Shown piece after piece: positions 37,790-48,786 of a stretch of DNA of 64,000 nt (position 1 is its first letter; each line of letters begins with the position of its first letter). A program made the position numbers and the translations under genes. Under the pieces are notes generated by a model, which worked only from the letters and a program-made list of their open reading frames with translations, was not told the origin of the DNA and did not search any database. The DNA is from Macrostomum hystrix (lineage: Eukaryota > Animalia > Platyhelminthes): contig CATNEN010000038.1 in assembly GCA_950097015.1 (NCBI GenBank), forward strand, positions 930,001 to 994,000, given 5' to 3'.

Positions 37790-39286
37790 GCTATCTAGAT
37801 TCTTTTGGACTCCCAAAAGCAAACAGGACAGGACAACAGGACAACCTGTGCAGGGAGATGCTGCGAGAAAGAGGCTATGACCAGGAGCAGCTGGGACAGT
37901 TCATAGAGGAGAATGAGCCCCGACTCATGCCTGAGCAGCTAGAGGCGTACCGCAAGCTATTGCGCAGAGTCAACAACAACGTTGGTGGCATGGTTTTTCT
38001 TGATGCTCCAGGTGGCACAGGAAAAACATTTCTAATCAACCTCCTTCTGGCAAAGGTCAGGCAACGAGGCGACGTTGCCATTGCTGTAGCTTCCTCTGGA
38101 ATTGCAGCCACCTTGCTGCCAGGCGGTCGCACTGCCCACTCAGCACTGAAGTTGCCGCTTGATCTGTCTCGAGCGGAGAATCCGCTGTGCAACATCAAGA
38201 AAAACACAGGCACTGCCAGAGTGCTTCAGGCTTGCAAGCTCATCGTCTGGGATGAGTGTATCATGTCCCACAAACTGGCATTTGAAGCACTCAACTTAAC
38301 TTTGAAAGACCTGCGCAACAGCAATCAACTGATGGGTGGTGTCACTCTGCTGCTGTCTGGAGACTTTAGACAGACGCTGCCTGTGATTCCGCGTGGCACT
38401 CCTGCTGATGAGATTAATGCTTGCCTAAAATCATCTCACCTGTGGCCATCGGTTGTGAAGTTGCACCTACGAACAAACATGAGAGCTACAATTCAAGGAG
38501 ACGAAACAGCTCATGAGTTCTCTGCCAATCTATTGCGAATCGGCAATGGTCTGCTGGAGATTAGCACCGAGGATGGGCAGTCATCGATCGCTACAATCGG
38601 AACCATTGTGCAGTCAGTGCAGGAGCTCAAGGCAAAAGTTTACCCGAACCCGATGGTTCGATATGCTGACGTTGACTGGCTGTCAGAGAGGGCAATTCTG
38701 TGTCCTAGAAATGATGCCGCCAACGAAATTAACTACCAACTGCTTCAGGAGTTGCCAGGTGCAGTTTTCACCTACAAGTCAATTGATACAACGTTGACTG
38801 ATGACACCGCTGTGGAGTATCCTGTTGAGTTTCTGAACTCTCTAGATCCTCCTGGAACTCCATCGCACAACTTGCAGCTGAAAGTTGGGGCACCAATTAT
38901 GCTCCTCCGCAACCTGAATGCGCCAAGGCTGTGTAATGGCACCAGACTGATAGTCAGGCGGCTCTTCCCACACGTGATTGAGGCCACGATAATGACTGGA
39001 TCTGGCAGAGGAGAGTCTGTTCGTTCCCCGGATTCCAATTATCCCCACGGACCTGCCATTTCAGTTCAAGCGACTGCAGTTCCCTGTGAGAGTGTGCTTT
39101 GCGATGACTATTAACAAGGCTCAGGGACAGTCGCTGAAGGTGGCTGGCATCAACCTGGAGACTCCTTGCTTCTCGCATGGGCAGCTTTATGTCGCCTGCT
39201 CCCGTGTTGGAACTCCAGCTGGCCTATTCATTTTCGCACCAAGGGGAAGAACGAAGAATGTGGTGTATCCCCAGGCCTTGAGGTGA
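37790..39286 (+). pseudogene. Helitron Pif1-family (SF1B) helicase domain, frameshifted, Rep domain absent
   Basis: DAPGGTGKTFL, ASSGIAATLLPGGRTAHS, IVWDE, GDFRQTLPV, LLRNL..LCNGTRL; frameshift at ~39020 before VPRIP...FAMTINKAQGQSL...HGQLYVACSRV. Confidence 0.92.
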
Positions 39287-39438
39287 CTCGCAAGCAATTA
39301 ATAGAAAAGTAGTCACGAATTGACCTTGACCTGTCTAACTCTGAACTCTAAAACAGTTTAATTTTGTTTCTTTGACATTGTTATTGTTATGTCATGGCTA
39401 TTTTCCTTATGTATACGCGTGTACATGCATACTGTATA

Positions 39439-39707
39439 CAGAGGCAGATTTAGGGGGGGGGCGGGGGGGCAGTCGCCCCCCTAAATTTTAATCATGGGAA
39501 TAAGATGCCCCCACCAGGGGCGCCAGTCGCAGTCGCCCCTTTTCGGCCGCTGGCGCCCCTTTTTCAGCCGCTGGCTCCCGTTTTTCAGCCGCCGGCGCCC
39601 TTTCTTGGCTCCTGGCGCCCTTTTTCGGCCGCTGGCACCCCCTCTGTGATTCTCATGGCGCTCCCCTGACAGACCGCCCCAAAACAAAATTCCTGGATCT
39701 GCCACTG
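39439..39707. mobile_element. hAT-type MITE (269 bp) nested in Helitron copy 1
   Basis: TIR cag(a/t)ggcagat; 8-bp TSD actgtata at 39431-39438 and 39708-39715; GC-rich internal subrepeats. Confidence 0.9.
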
Positions 39708-39970
39708 ACTGTATAGAGGAGTGGCTAAGAGACATGTTTCTAAAGAAGTAATCAAGAGGGGGCTGTTTGGACAAACTTTTCACTTATTTTTTACTTAAAA
39801 CGCCCTTAAACAAACTCTTCACTTTTCATTAATGCAGTAAATAAATAAATGGTGACCTTCACTATAAAGTTAATACAGAGACGTGAATTGCTTACTGCTT
39901 TGCTTTAAATTTCTGCCCCAAAAACAACGGGCAAAAAAAGCTAGTAATCATTATAATTAATAAGTTACTA

Positions 39971-40623
39971 GGGTAATGTATCATCAACCGAACAGTGTAT
40001 CTTCAAAACCGAACAAGAATTTTAACTCCTTCCTTGGTCTCATGTAAGACAGAAACAAGCTATTGTGTTTCATAGAACAACTAATTTAAAAGTCAAAGAA
40101 ATTATCTAAAAGCTGAGGCATGACATGCAATGAAGCATTAAAAGGAAGGAAAGATATGGACATTTCAGTAGACATTTTTATCACAAAAGCATACTTTTTA
40201 ACAACATTTTATCAGCACGTACTATAGACTAAGATTGGATGCAGTTGCTTTCCAATTAAATGACCATAAATGTAGTTATTTATAGAGCATGAAAAATGCT
40301 AGGCCTATCAAATGACATAATTTATGATAGTTCACTCCTTAAATAAGATTAAACCACTCACTCAAATTGTAAAACCGAACATCAAATTCTCCATTCAGTT
40401 TGAAGATATATGAAAATCATTATTTGGTTTTAGATGAAAAACATGAAAAACTTTTTTCCTAGGCCTATGTGACAAAATAGCAAAAGCATTTACTTTTTAG
40501 AAAGTTATAAATGTTTTCTATAACTTGGCTTTTGATTTATAATCATATCTTAAATAGAAAATCTGTAGCTTAGGTTCAAAGTTAAAAAATCCATATTCTT
40601 GTTTGGTTGATGATACATTACCC
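39971..40623. mobile_element. TA-flanked MITE (Tc1/mariner-like), 653 bp
   Basis: TIR gggtaatgtatcatcaacc(g/a)aaca at both ends, TA on both sides. Confidence 0.85.
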
Positions 40624-41863
40624 TACTTGTACTATATTCATGAATAAATTACTTTCATGTAAGAATGTAGATATATAATCAGATTTAATACTAGAGCCTT
40701 TTGGGTAGTACTTTCTTTTAAAAAGCAATTTATAGCCATTTAGTCTATAGACAAGGAAGGCTAGCTATTAGTCTAGCTACTATCCAACAAACATTTCTAC
40801 CTGAAGCTAGGCCCTAGTGAGGCAGGCCCAAATTTATCGTATATTGCTAACTTGAATTACCGCCAAATGTTTTCCTTGATCTTTTTGTCTTTGTTTTACT
40901 ATGCTTTGTCATCCACCTCAATTCTTAGTATAAATACAAGCGCATTTTAGCCCTCGAAAACCTTAACCGGTGCCTCGCGCCCAGTTCTAAGCTGAATAAA
41001 GGAGAGTAAAGTTTCAAAGTGTTCAAAGAGTTCTTATTTAGAGAGAGAGAGGAAAAGCAGGTCCGTGTTCATACACAAGCCAGGAATATTCGAAGGAATA
41101 AAGAAGGAGATATTGATCAAAAGCAGAATAGTGTTAAAACTAAAGGAACAGAGGGTAAACTCCCAGATTGGTGACTGGCACTGTGTGCAAAGTTGGACAA
41201 CTCCAGTCCATTGGAAGCCTTGAAGACTGGGAAACCAGAAAGCCAGATAATTGAGAGTAAGTAACGGGAGAAAGAAAGTGTCTTGCCGCTCGGACACTAT
41301 CGAGAACGCTACCATATTGGGAAAAGAAAGCAGCCTATCTGGTTAAGCTTAAAGCAATATATGCATAGGAATTAAAAGGAAATTTAATAGGTGAAATTGT
41401 AAGGACTGAGAAGGGTTGTAAAGAGAGCAAGTTTTAAATAATAATAAAGAAAAGAGAAGGGTCTATGACAACTTAGTGGCAGCTGTAAGATAAGTAAAGA
41501 GACCTACAACAAATTGGTGAAAGCAGTGGGAGTTAAGAAGTAGGCCTACGACACTAGCTAAAATAAAAAGCCAGCTAAAAAGATTAACACTTATACATAT
41601 ATTATCTTTAGGGCCTTACACAATGGTGTTAGCTAACTCAAATAAACTATATTGAGATGTGTATAAATTTACTCATAGGCCTACATGCAGGATCAATATT
41701 TTTATAGCATATAGGCCTATACCACTTTTGATACAGAAAAAGTAATACTTGAGTGCCAATAATTGGCTATATTAGGTGTAAAAGGTGTCTTGCTGCTTCT
41801 ACTTGGACACAATATTGTTAGGCCCCTACCTAATGAATAACAAAATGTTTTATTATTATTTAA

Positions 41864-42039
41864 TCCTAAAGCTTGGCCCGGCTCATCTCATGAGATTGCA
41901 CTAACAAAACTATTTACAGCAACTGTGACCATAGACTATATGTTTAATCGGCCTAGGCCTTTAAATCATTTAACGGCCTAGGCCGATTAAATAATAAATA
42001 AACTGAATTAATAGCCAATAGGCCGGGCCAAGCTGGGGA
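41864..42039. mobile_element. TTAA-flanked mini inverted-repeat element
   Basis: ttaa|tcctaaagcttggcccggc ... gccgggccaagctgggga|ttaa; internal hairpin tttaatcggcctaggcc...ggcctaggccgattaaa. Confidence 0.65.
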
Positions 42040-42168
42040 TTAAATTTTTGTAGGGAAGAAATAGGCGAGAAAATCGAAATACACCAATTCATAAACTGAA
42101 TTCATAGACGTTATACAAAAAATCAAGGACCAATATAAATACATCTATGGGCTAAACTATAATTCTTC

Positions 42169-42949
42169 GGCGCCCCCATGGAGGAAAGAATAGAATGGAG
42201 TGCCAATCTGAGCCGGTTATTTTTGTTTCCCTCGACCTTCACTTTTAACACCCCGTTCCCCCCCGTTCCTTCCTATTGGCTCATGACTGCCATAGACGAA
42301 CTCGTTTTCGTCCCCCTCTGAAAGTAATATCGTGGACTATGTGACTTAAATGCCAGTGGAAACCGCATGTAAGGCTTTGAGCAAAATATTCATTCTGCGT
42401 CCCTCTGTATATTAGGTCAAGTCATAAGATTAAATCTAAATCCTGTCAATGATACAATAACAATACGGTGATACGGTATATTTTACTGTGTACATTACAA
42501 AAGTCGTTCGGTACAAAGAAAACAATATGTGAAGAAAATAGCGAAAGGGACAGCCAAAGGGAACAGAAAATAATTATATCCACGGAAAATAAGAGGCAGC
42601 ACTGAATTCTGCTGAAAAAAAACATAAAACACATTTAATTTAACTAATTGCTGTCAGTTCATGCAGTAACTCTTAGAAACTAAGGGAACTAAAATGCATG
42701 CGATTCTGGCAGCGAAGCCGAAGGGCATCTCAGCTTAGCTGAGCTACACTAGAAACTAATATTTTTGATGTATGCTCTTAATACGCACTGGATATTACTT
42801 TCAGAGGGTGAAAACGACTTCGTCTATGGCAGTCACGAGCCAATAGGATGGAACGGGGGGAACGGGATGTTAAAAGTGAAGATCGAGCGAAACAAAAATA
42901 ACCGGCTCAGACTGGCACTCCGTTCTATTCTTTCCTCCATGCGCGCCCC
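42169..42949. mobile_element. Foldback/MITE-like element with ~165-bp imperfect TIRs
   Basis: 42169-42335 is the reverse complement of ~42790-42949 with scattered mismatches; no TSD recognised. Confidence 0.8.
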
Positions 42950-43387
42950 ACGTTGATCTTTTTTGCAAGTTTAATCGAAATTTTCACTACTTGAAGAGAA
43001 ATTAGAACAACTAATGTGCCTCAAAAAATGCCTGAGTGGCCCATCCAGTTTATATAGTAATTTGTGGTAGTTGCCAGGCTCTATTTTTATCGCAAGACGA
43101 CATCTATTCTTTACGTGCATATTTTGCTTGACGTTTAAAATATACATTTACTAGCTTTTTTTGCCCGTTGTTTTTGGGGCAGAAATTTAAAGCAAAGCAG
43201 TAAGCAATTCACGTCTCTGTATTAACTTTATAGTGAAGGTCACCATTTATTTATTTACTGCATTAATGAAAAGTGAAGAGTTTGTTTAAGGGCGTTTTAA
43301 GTAAAAAATAAGTGAAAAGTTTGTCCAAACAGCCCCCTCTTGATTACTTCTTTAGAAACATGTCTATTAGCCACTCCTCTATACAGT

Positions 43388-43656
43388 CAGTGGCAGATCC
43401 AGGAATTTTGTTTTGGGGCGGTCTGTCAGGGGAGCGCCATGAGAATCACAGAGGGGGTGCCAGCGGCCGAAAAAGGGCGCCAGGAGCCAAGAAAGGGCGC
43501 CGGCGGCTGAAAAACGGGAGCCAGCGGCTGAAAAAGGGGCGCCAGCGGCCGAAAAGGGGCGACTGCGACTGGCGCCCCTGGTGGGGGCATCTTATTCCCA
43601 TGATTAAAATTTAGGGGGGCGACTGCCCCCCCGCCCCCCCCCTAAATCTGCCTCTG
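43388..43656. mobile_element. hAT-type MITE nested in Helitron copy 2
   Basis: Same element and TSD (tatacagt) as 39439-39707. Confidence 0.9.
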
Positions 43657-43808
43657 TATACAGTATGCATGTACACGCGTAGACATAAGGAAAATAGCCA
43701 TGACATAACAATAACAATGTCAAAGAAACAAAATTAAACTGTTTTAGAGTTCAGAGTTAGACAGGTCAAGGTCAATTCGTGACTACTTTTCTATTAATTG
43801 CTTGCGAG

Positions 43809-45305
43809 TCACCTCAAGGCCTGGGGATACACCACATTCTTCGTTCTTCCCCTTGGTGCGAAAATGAATAGGCCAGCTGGAGTTCCAACACGGGAGCAGG
43901 CGACATAAAGCTGCCCATGCGAGAAGCAAGGAGTCTCCAGGTTGATGCCAGCCACCTTCAGCGACTGTCCCTGAGCCTTGTTAATAGTCATCGCAAAGCA
44001 CACTCTCACAGGGAACTGCAGTCGCTTGAACTGAAATGGCAGGTCCGTGGGGATAATTGGAATCCGGGGAACGAACAGACTCTCCTCTGCCAGATCCAGT
44101 CATTATCGTGGCCTCAATCACGTGTGGGAAGAGCCGCCTGACTATCAGTCTGGTGCCATTACACAGCCTTGGCGCATTCAGGTTGCGGAGGAGCATAATT
44201 GGTGCCCCAACTTTCAGCTGCAAGTTGTGCGATGGAGTTCCAGGAGGATCTAGAGAGTTCAGAAACTCAACAGGATACTCCACAGCGGTGTCATCAGTCA
44301 ACGTTGTATCAATTGACTTGTAGGTGAAAACTGCACCTGGCAACTCCTGAAGCAGTTGGTAGTTAATTTCGTTGGCGGCATCATTTCTAGGACACAGAAT
44401 TGCCCTCTCTGACAGCCAGTCAACGTCAGCATATCGAACCATCGGGTTCGGGTAAACTTTTGCCTTGAGCTCCTGCACTGACTGCACAATGGTTCCGATT
44501 GTAGCGATCGATGACTGCCCATCCTCGGTGCTAATCTCCAGCAGACCATTGCCGATTCGCAATAGATTGGCAGAGAACTCATGAGCTGTTTCGTCTCCTT
44601 GAATTGTAGCTCTCATGTTTGTTCGTAGGTGCAACTTCACAACCGATGGCCACAGGTGAGATGATTTTAGGCAAGCATTAATCTCATCAGCAGGAGTGCC
44701 ACGCGGAATCACAGGCAGCGTCTGTCTAAAGTCTCCAGACAGCAGCAGAGTGACACCACCCATCAGTTGATTGCTGTTGCGCAGGTCTTTCAAAGTTAAG
44801 TTGAGTGCTTCAAATGCCAGTTTGTGGGACATGATACACTCATCCCAGACGATGAGCTTGCAAGCCTGAAGCACTCTGGCAGTGCCTGTGTTTTTCTTGA
44901 TGTTGCACAGCGGATTCTCCGCTCGAGACAGATCAAGCGGCAACTTCAGTGCTGAGTGGGCAGTGCGACCGCCTGGCAGCAAGGTGGCTGCAATTCCAGA
45001 GGAAGCTACAGCAATGGCAACGTCGCCTCGTTGCCTGACCTTTGCCAGAAGGAGGTTGATTAGAAATGTTTTTCCTGTGCCACCTGGAGCATCAAGAAAA
45101 ACCATGCCACCAACGTTGTTGTTGACTCTGCGCAATAGCTTGCGGTACGCCTCTAGCTGCTCAGGCATGAGTCGGGGCTCATTCTCCTCTATGAACTGTC
45201 CCAGCTGCTCCTGGTCATAGCCTCTTTCTCGCAGCATCTCCCTGCACAGGTTGTCCTGTTGTCCTGTCCTGTTTGCTTTTGGGAGTCCAAAAGAATCTAG
45301 ATAGC
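43809..45305 (-). pseudogene. Helitron Pif1-family helicase domain, same frameshift as copy 1
   Basis: ORFs 43981-45471 and 43809-44009 are essentially identical to 37624-39114 and 39086-39286. Confidence 0.92.
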
Positions 45306-46126
45306 GATCGGTCAAGATACGCAGGTAGTGAAATATCGGAAAACAGATACGCAGGTAGGAGAAATATCGACCGGAGAGCCCTGCGCACTGGGACGCCACC
45401 GCACTCACCGCACTCAGTCTCAGTGCTGCTTGGGGGCCAGTAGACAGTCTAGGGGTTTGGGCTGTGCACATTCACGGCTTGAAATACAATGTACAGTCTG
45501 GGGCTTCGGCGCCCGGGGAAGGGAGGGGGTGGCTGTAATAAAATTTGGCCCGCAGAGTGGCGGAGGGGAGTTGGGGTGGCTGTCCTCGGAAAACAAAAAG
45601 TGACTCACTTTGAGATGATGCAGCTTTGCTCTGGATTGAGTAGAGATGTTCAAAATTGACAGCATTGTTGGAAAACATGTAAAGTGTAAGTGGATCAAAT
45701 TTGGAGAAAATCTGACAAAGTGGGGCGACGATATGTCCAATTGAGTGATTTTTTGACGATTTTTGAGCAGTTTTTTGCACTTTTGAGCAGGAAGGAAATG
45801 ATTTTTCAGGAATTTGAGTAGCCTATTGCACTCAGCGTAGGTGGTTTTAGGTATGTGCAAAGTTTGGTGCGATTTGGTTGAGCGGTTTCGGCGTCTATAA
45901 AGACAAAAGGTTGCACACACACAGACAGACACACACACACACAGACAGAGTTTTCACTTTTATATATATAGATCTAATAGTTCTTTAACATAAACTAAAA
46001 TTAGCAGTCAAGGCGCACACATTAGTTAAAGAGTTCAGCTTTTGTTCACAATTAAGGGATTAAGCTTTTTTGGAAGTTCATTTTTCATATACAAATTGTA
46101 ACAATTACTTTAAATAAATCAAAGAC

Positions 46127-48786
46127 ATGCCAGAGGAAGAAATTCAGATGAGCGACATTAAGTGCTCTTGTGCAACAAGTACTCCGAGTATTGAAATTAG
46201 ATATTCCAATGAGCTTTCCAACCAGAGCTCCAACGTCAGCCTTAAACAAAGCCAAAGGACCAAAAAGCTGCAGCAGTCGAAGCTGCACAATAATTTGAAG
46301 CTTGCCGCGGCAGACCTGATGGCCCTGTGGACGCCGGTGGCAATCTGTTTATTGTTGGCCAGCGCCAAGACTCTCATTCGTAATTTCGGACGACACGACG
46401 ATTTCGAATCGGTGCGCGCTGTCGGTGAGTCGCCACTTCTCGAAGCAGAGGTTGAGCTGAACGCCGAGCGGGTCGCGTTGTCGAATTCGGATGTCTTTAC
46501 CAAAACGTCCCTGTTGCTCGCTGTCTGCTTGATTGCCGTAGTGGCCATCGTGGTCGCGACCTTTATTGTGGTTATGCTGCTAAAAAATAACTGCTTCCTC
46601 TGTTTGAAAGGCTACATCACCATCGCGTTTGTGTCTTTGGGGGTCCATTTTTCCATCTTCTGGTTCTACACTGCAGCCAATGCCTTGAAATTTCCGATAG
46701 ACTGGATTACCATGACGATTTTGACCTTCAACTTTCTCGGTGAGTTAAGGGTTTCACTCATGACTTAAAGTTCGGGAGTTCTATTCTTAACTCCTCACGA
46801 ACAATTTGCGTGCTATATAAAGACACTGGACATTGCAATGCCTCAATTTACCCAGCTGTTAAATGGATACCAGCGTCAGCTGCGGTAATTGAGGGTGGGT
46901 TTCGCGTTTCTTAAGTCCATGGACTCAACAGCCGTACGCAGCCTTTAAGATGCGCCGCGCAATAGCTGCGGCTGTGCTGTCGGCTGCACATCTGACCCCA
47001 TTGCGGTTATTATTGCTGCTATTATTATAGAATATAGCATTAATCCGCCTAGCTCTGTTGGGTCATGTGCAGTCAGTGGCATAGCTGCAGCTGCTCAAAG
47101 GTCTACAGCTGTACAGTCCACAGAATGAAGAAGCCGCAAGCCTATATTTTCAACTGAGCTTGATGCTGGTACCAATATGCATACAGGTGAGAGAGCTCAA
47201 TGGGTAATTAATATACGTGCCTTGCTCAAGTGCTAATCGCTTACCTGGGCAGAGTACTCAACATCTCCGTCAGAAGCTAGAGTTCTGACTGACAGTCTCA
47301 TTTTCAAGCGATTATCGATATTCGAACCAACCCAACCTCTAGTGCTCATCGCTATATCGATCGGTTTCGCCAAAGCAGCTCCGAGATGCCTAGTCCAAGT
47401 CGTTCACGTGATCCTCTGTGCCACAGTCGCCTACATCATCGCGAACCTCATTCTGGGCGGCAGTTTTGCTTACGCCAGTGTACTTTGCGGTGCGGTCTCG
47501 CTGTGGGACCTGTTTGCGGTTCTCTGCCCCCGAGGTCCCCTAAACAGAATTATTCAAATGGCTGAAGGGCAAAGCGGAGTCACCGACTTTTTGCAGTCGC
47601 TAGTGTACACTGCCGCAGTGTGGACTGCCACCGTGGTTTGTATAGCTATGCTCTTGCTGCTCTTGCTTGCCCCATGCAGACTCTGTGACCATTTTGCCCA
47701 AACAGTCAACGACACAACCTAGCTCAAATAGTCACTAAAATTCGAGCAAAATGCTTTTGACAACAACAAGAAACGCAAGACCCAAGCGGGCAAACGAAGT
47801 CCACCCGATTAGCTGTTTACTCAAAAAACAGCCCACGGATCTCCGGGTGCGAGCACCGGAACCAACCCCACAAGGTGAGGAGCAGGACGTCCTGAACAGG
47901 CTGCGTGAAGTAGCTCTCGGCCCGCCATAATAATAATAATAATCATAATCATAACTGAAGGAAGGCTGCGGGAATCACACATCATTTGGTGACACTAGAC
48001 CCACAACTGACTCCAGAGCACACTGCACGGACACAGATACTGTACGCAGGCACACGCTCACACAGGGTGCAGTGTACATCTGCCCTGACTTTCTCATCGT
48101 CAGGCAGTGTTCACTTTCTCTTTGCCTTGGAATTGGCCTTTGACGGAGTAAATCATGACAAGCCACCAAGCCTTCTCTCCGTGGCTGCACCCCAAATTAA
48201 TGTGACCTCACCGCGGAATCGAGCTCAGGGACCCCATTGTGAGAGGCAAACGCGATATCCGCTCTGCCTCTCACCCCCTTGATCGGCCCTCTAGTACATG
48301 GCCTCGTTCCTGACGCTCTTGACGACAGATTTTTCGGTGGAAATTACCAAACAGCTATTCCATTCATTCCAAAGGGAAAATGCGTCGTTAACTTTTTAGT
48401 AGACACTCGTATTTTGCTATAAAAGGCACTCTATTAGAAAGTGTCAGGTGTATCAAGGCATTCGCTTTGTCCACTCATTCCAGGTTGTCACAGCCAAGCC
48501 GGAGAAGCCGCTTCGCCGTGGCTCCAGGCTCGGCCTGGGGGACTTCATCTTCTATGGCATTCTGGCCGCCGCGGCCACTAAAGAGTGTGGACCGGCGGGC
48601 GGGCTGGCCTGCTACCTGGCGCTGAAGTTCGGCTTCTGCCTCACCCTCGTCAGCCTGAAGCTGCGGCGCAGAGCCCTGCCAGCGCTGCCGCTGCCTGTTG
48701 CCGTCGCCATAACTACGGTCGGCCTGCTGAAGGGCAGCGGGCTTGCCTACTCCGCGGTTTTGGCCGAGAGACAGCTCATGCTGTGA
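46127..48786 (+). CDS. Presenilin-family aspartyl protease, divergent; exons 46127-46739, 47343-47635 (donor inferred), 48484-48786
   Basis: TM1 LWTPVAICLLL, IDWIT...NF, catalytic VSLWDLFAVLCPRGPL, RLGLGDFIFY (GxGD) and ALPALP (PAL); splice phases compatible. Confidence 0.9.
46820..47005 (+). mobile_element. SINE family 2, 5'-truncated copy in presenilin intron 1
   Basis: Shares cccagctg, gtccatggact and agatgcgccgcgcaatagctgcggctgtgctgtcggct with the 49940-50222 copy. Confidence 0.75.
47955..48279 (-). mobile_element. SINE family 1 copy in presenilin intron 2
   Basis: Reverse-complement match to 52925-53270; (ATT)n-like tail at 47926-47953. Confidence 0.8.

Larger units (their letters stand above)
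37135..39944 (+). mobile_element. Non-autonomous Helitron, copy 1 (2810 bp)
   Basis: 5' A|TCTATATATATAAAA followed by a (GT)n tract; 3' hairpin tgccc-N10-gggca then CTAG|T; no TSD; internal Pif1-like helicase. Confidence 0.95.
43151..45972 (-). mobile_element. Non-autonomous Helitron, copy 2 (2822 bp), inverted relative to copy 1
   Basis: Near-exact reverse complement of 37135-39944, with its own A|TC and CTAG|T junctions; differs by a few SNPs and microsatellite length. Confidence 0.95.

Noticed and set aside
37624-39114. Host PIF1 helicase gene
   Set aside because: Enclosed by Helitron termini, Helitron-type motifs, frameshifted and duplicated with the element
37135-45972. Simple palindromic assembly artefact
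   Set aside because: Arms differ by SNPs and microsatellite length and end at biological Helitron termini with distinct flanks (long-read confirmation still desirable)
47679-47874. Extra presenilin loop exon
   Set aside because: Stops in all three frames, and its 3' part belongs to a dispersed repeat also found at ~20900
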